Assembly (NCBI RefSeq): GCF_006345805.1 | Contig: NC_043000.1 | Coordinates: 9,300,001 to 9,364,000, forward strand | Length of the DNA stretch: 64,000 bases | Direction of reading: 5' to 3' | DNA from: Octopus sinensis | Lineage: Eukaryota | Shown: positions 63,549 through 64,000 of the stretch, piece by piece | How the letters are laid out: every line of letters begins with the position of its first letter | Position numbering within the stretch: the stretch's first letter is position 1 | Made by a program: the position numbers and the translations under genes | The notes under the pieces: model-generated | Seen by the model: the letters and a program-made list of their open reading frames with translations, nothing else | Database searches by the model: none | What the model was told of the DNA's origin: nothing

Positions 63549-64000
63549 ATTAGAAAGAAAACACTTTTTATCAATTCAAAATGAACAATTAAATTACACC
63601 ATCTAGAAAATTACATATTCATTTTGAATTGATAAAAGGTGTTCTTTTTCTAACTTTATATATATATATTATATTGTGTGAAATTTGATTTAGTATTTCT
63701 AAATTGAATTTTTTTCCTTGTAAGTTTGGATTTTATTCCCTCAAATAATAATTATTATGTATGTATGTATATATATATATATATATATCCTTTTTCTCTA
63801 TGCTAGGTTATAAATAAAAACAATGTAACATCAAACTGAAGGATTATTGAATACTTCTAAGTTGAGTTTATGATTATTATATTATTACAGCCACTTCGAA
63901 GTTTCAGCTTGCTCGTATTCATCAATATATACACAATCTTTATACACACACACACGCACGCACACGCACGCACACGCACACACACACACACATGTATATT

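Noticed and set aside
63890-63932. Minus-strand TTGATGA..agc-aa-gct-GAAA-cttcgaag-TG with palindromic stem III
   Set aside because: No stem I, unpaired 3-8 positions and a non-cleavable GUG; at best a relic.

Overview
AT-rich, repeat-saturated animal genomic DNA with no recognisable host protein-coding gene. The microsatellite density and the tRNA-derived SINE families resemble a cephalopod (Octopus-like) genome; this is an inference. The window holds two near full-length decayed mariner transposons, a split Tc1 relic, two 5'-truncated CR1-clade LINEs, several R4/Dong-type RLE LINE pieces in (TAA)n, a full-length but disrupted L1/Tx1-clade LINE in (GATA)n, a nearly complete Penelope-like element (RT + GIY-YIG), several MITE/foldback elements and many SINEs. 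The main unexplained signal is about 18 type I hammerhead ribozyme (HHR) motifs, found by eye, from roughly ten sequence families. Most lie in small non-coding elements of 280-950 bp, usually next to (TA)n. Several of these share the Penelope architecture of an inverted copy followed by a circularly permuted monomer (546 nt, 482 nt). Two divergent relatives keep the ribozyme through compensatory changes, including C3-G8 to U3-A8. This suggests a diverse cephalopod retrozyme / viroid-like circular RNA system mobilised by Penelope-like RT. No folding or database search was run; coordinates were counted by hand and may be off by a few bases.
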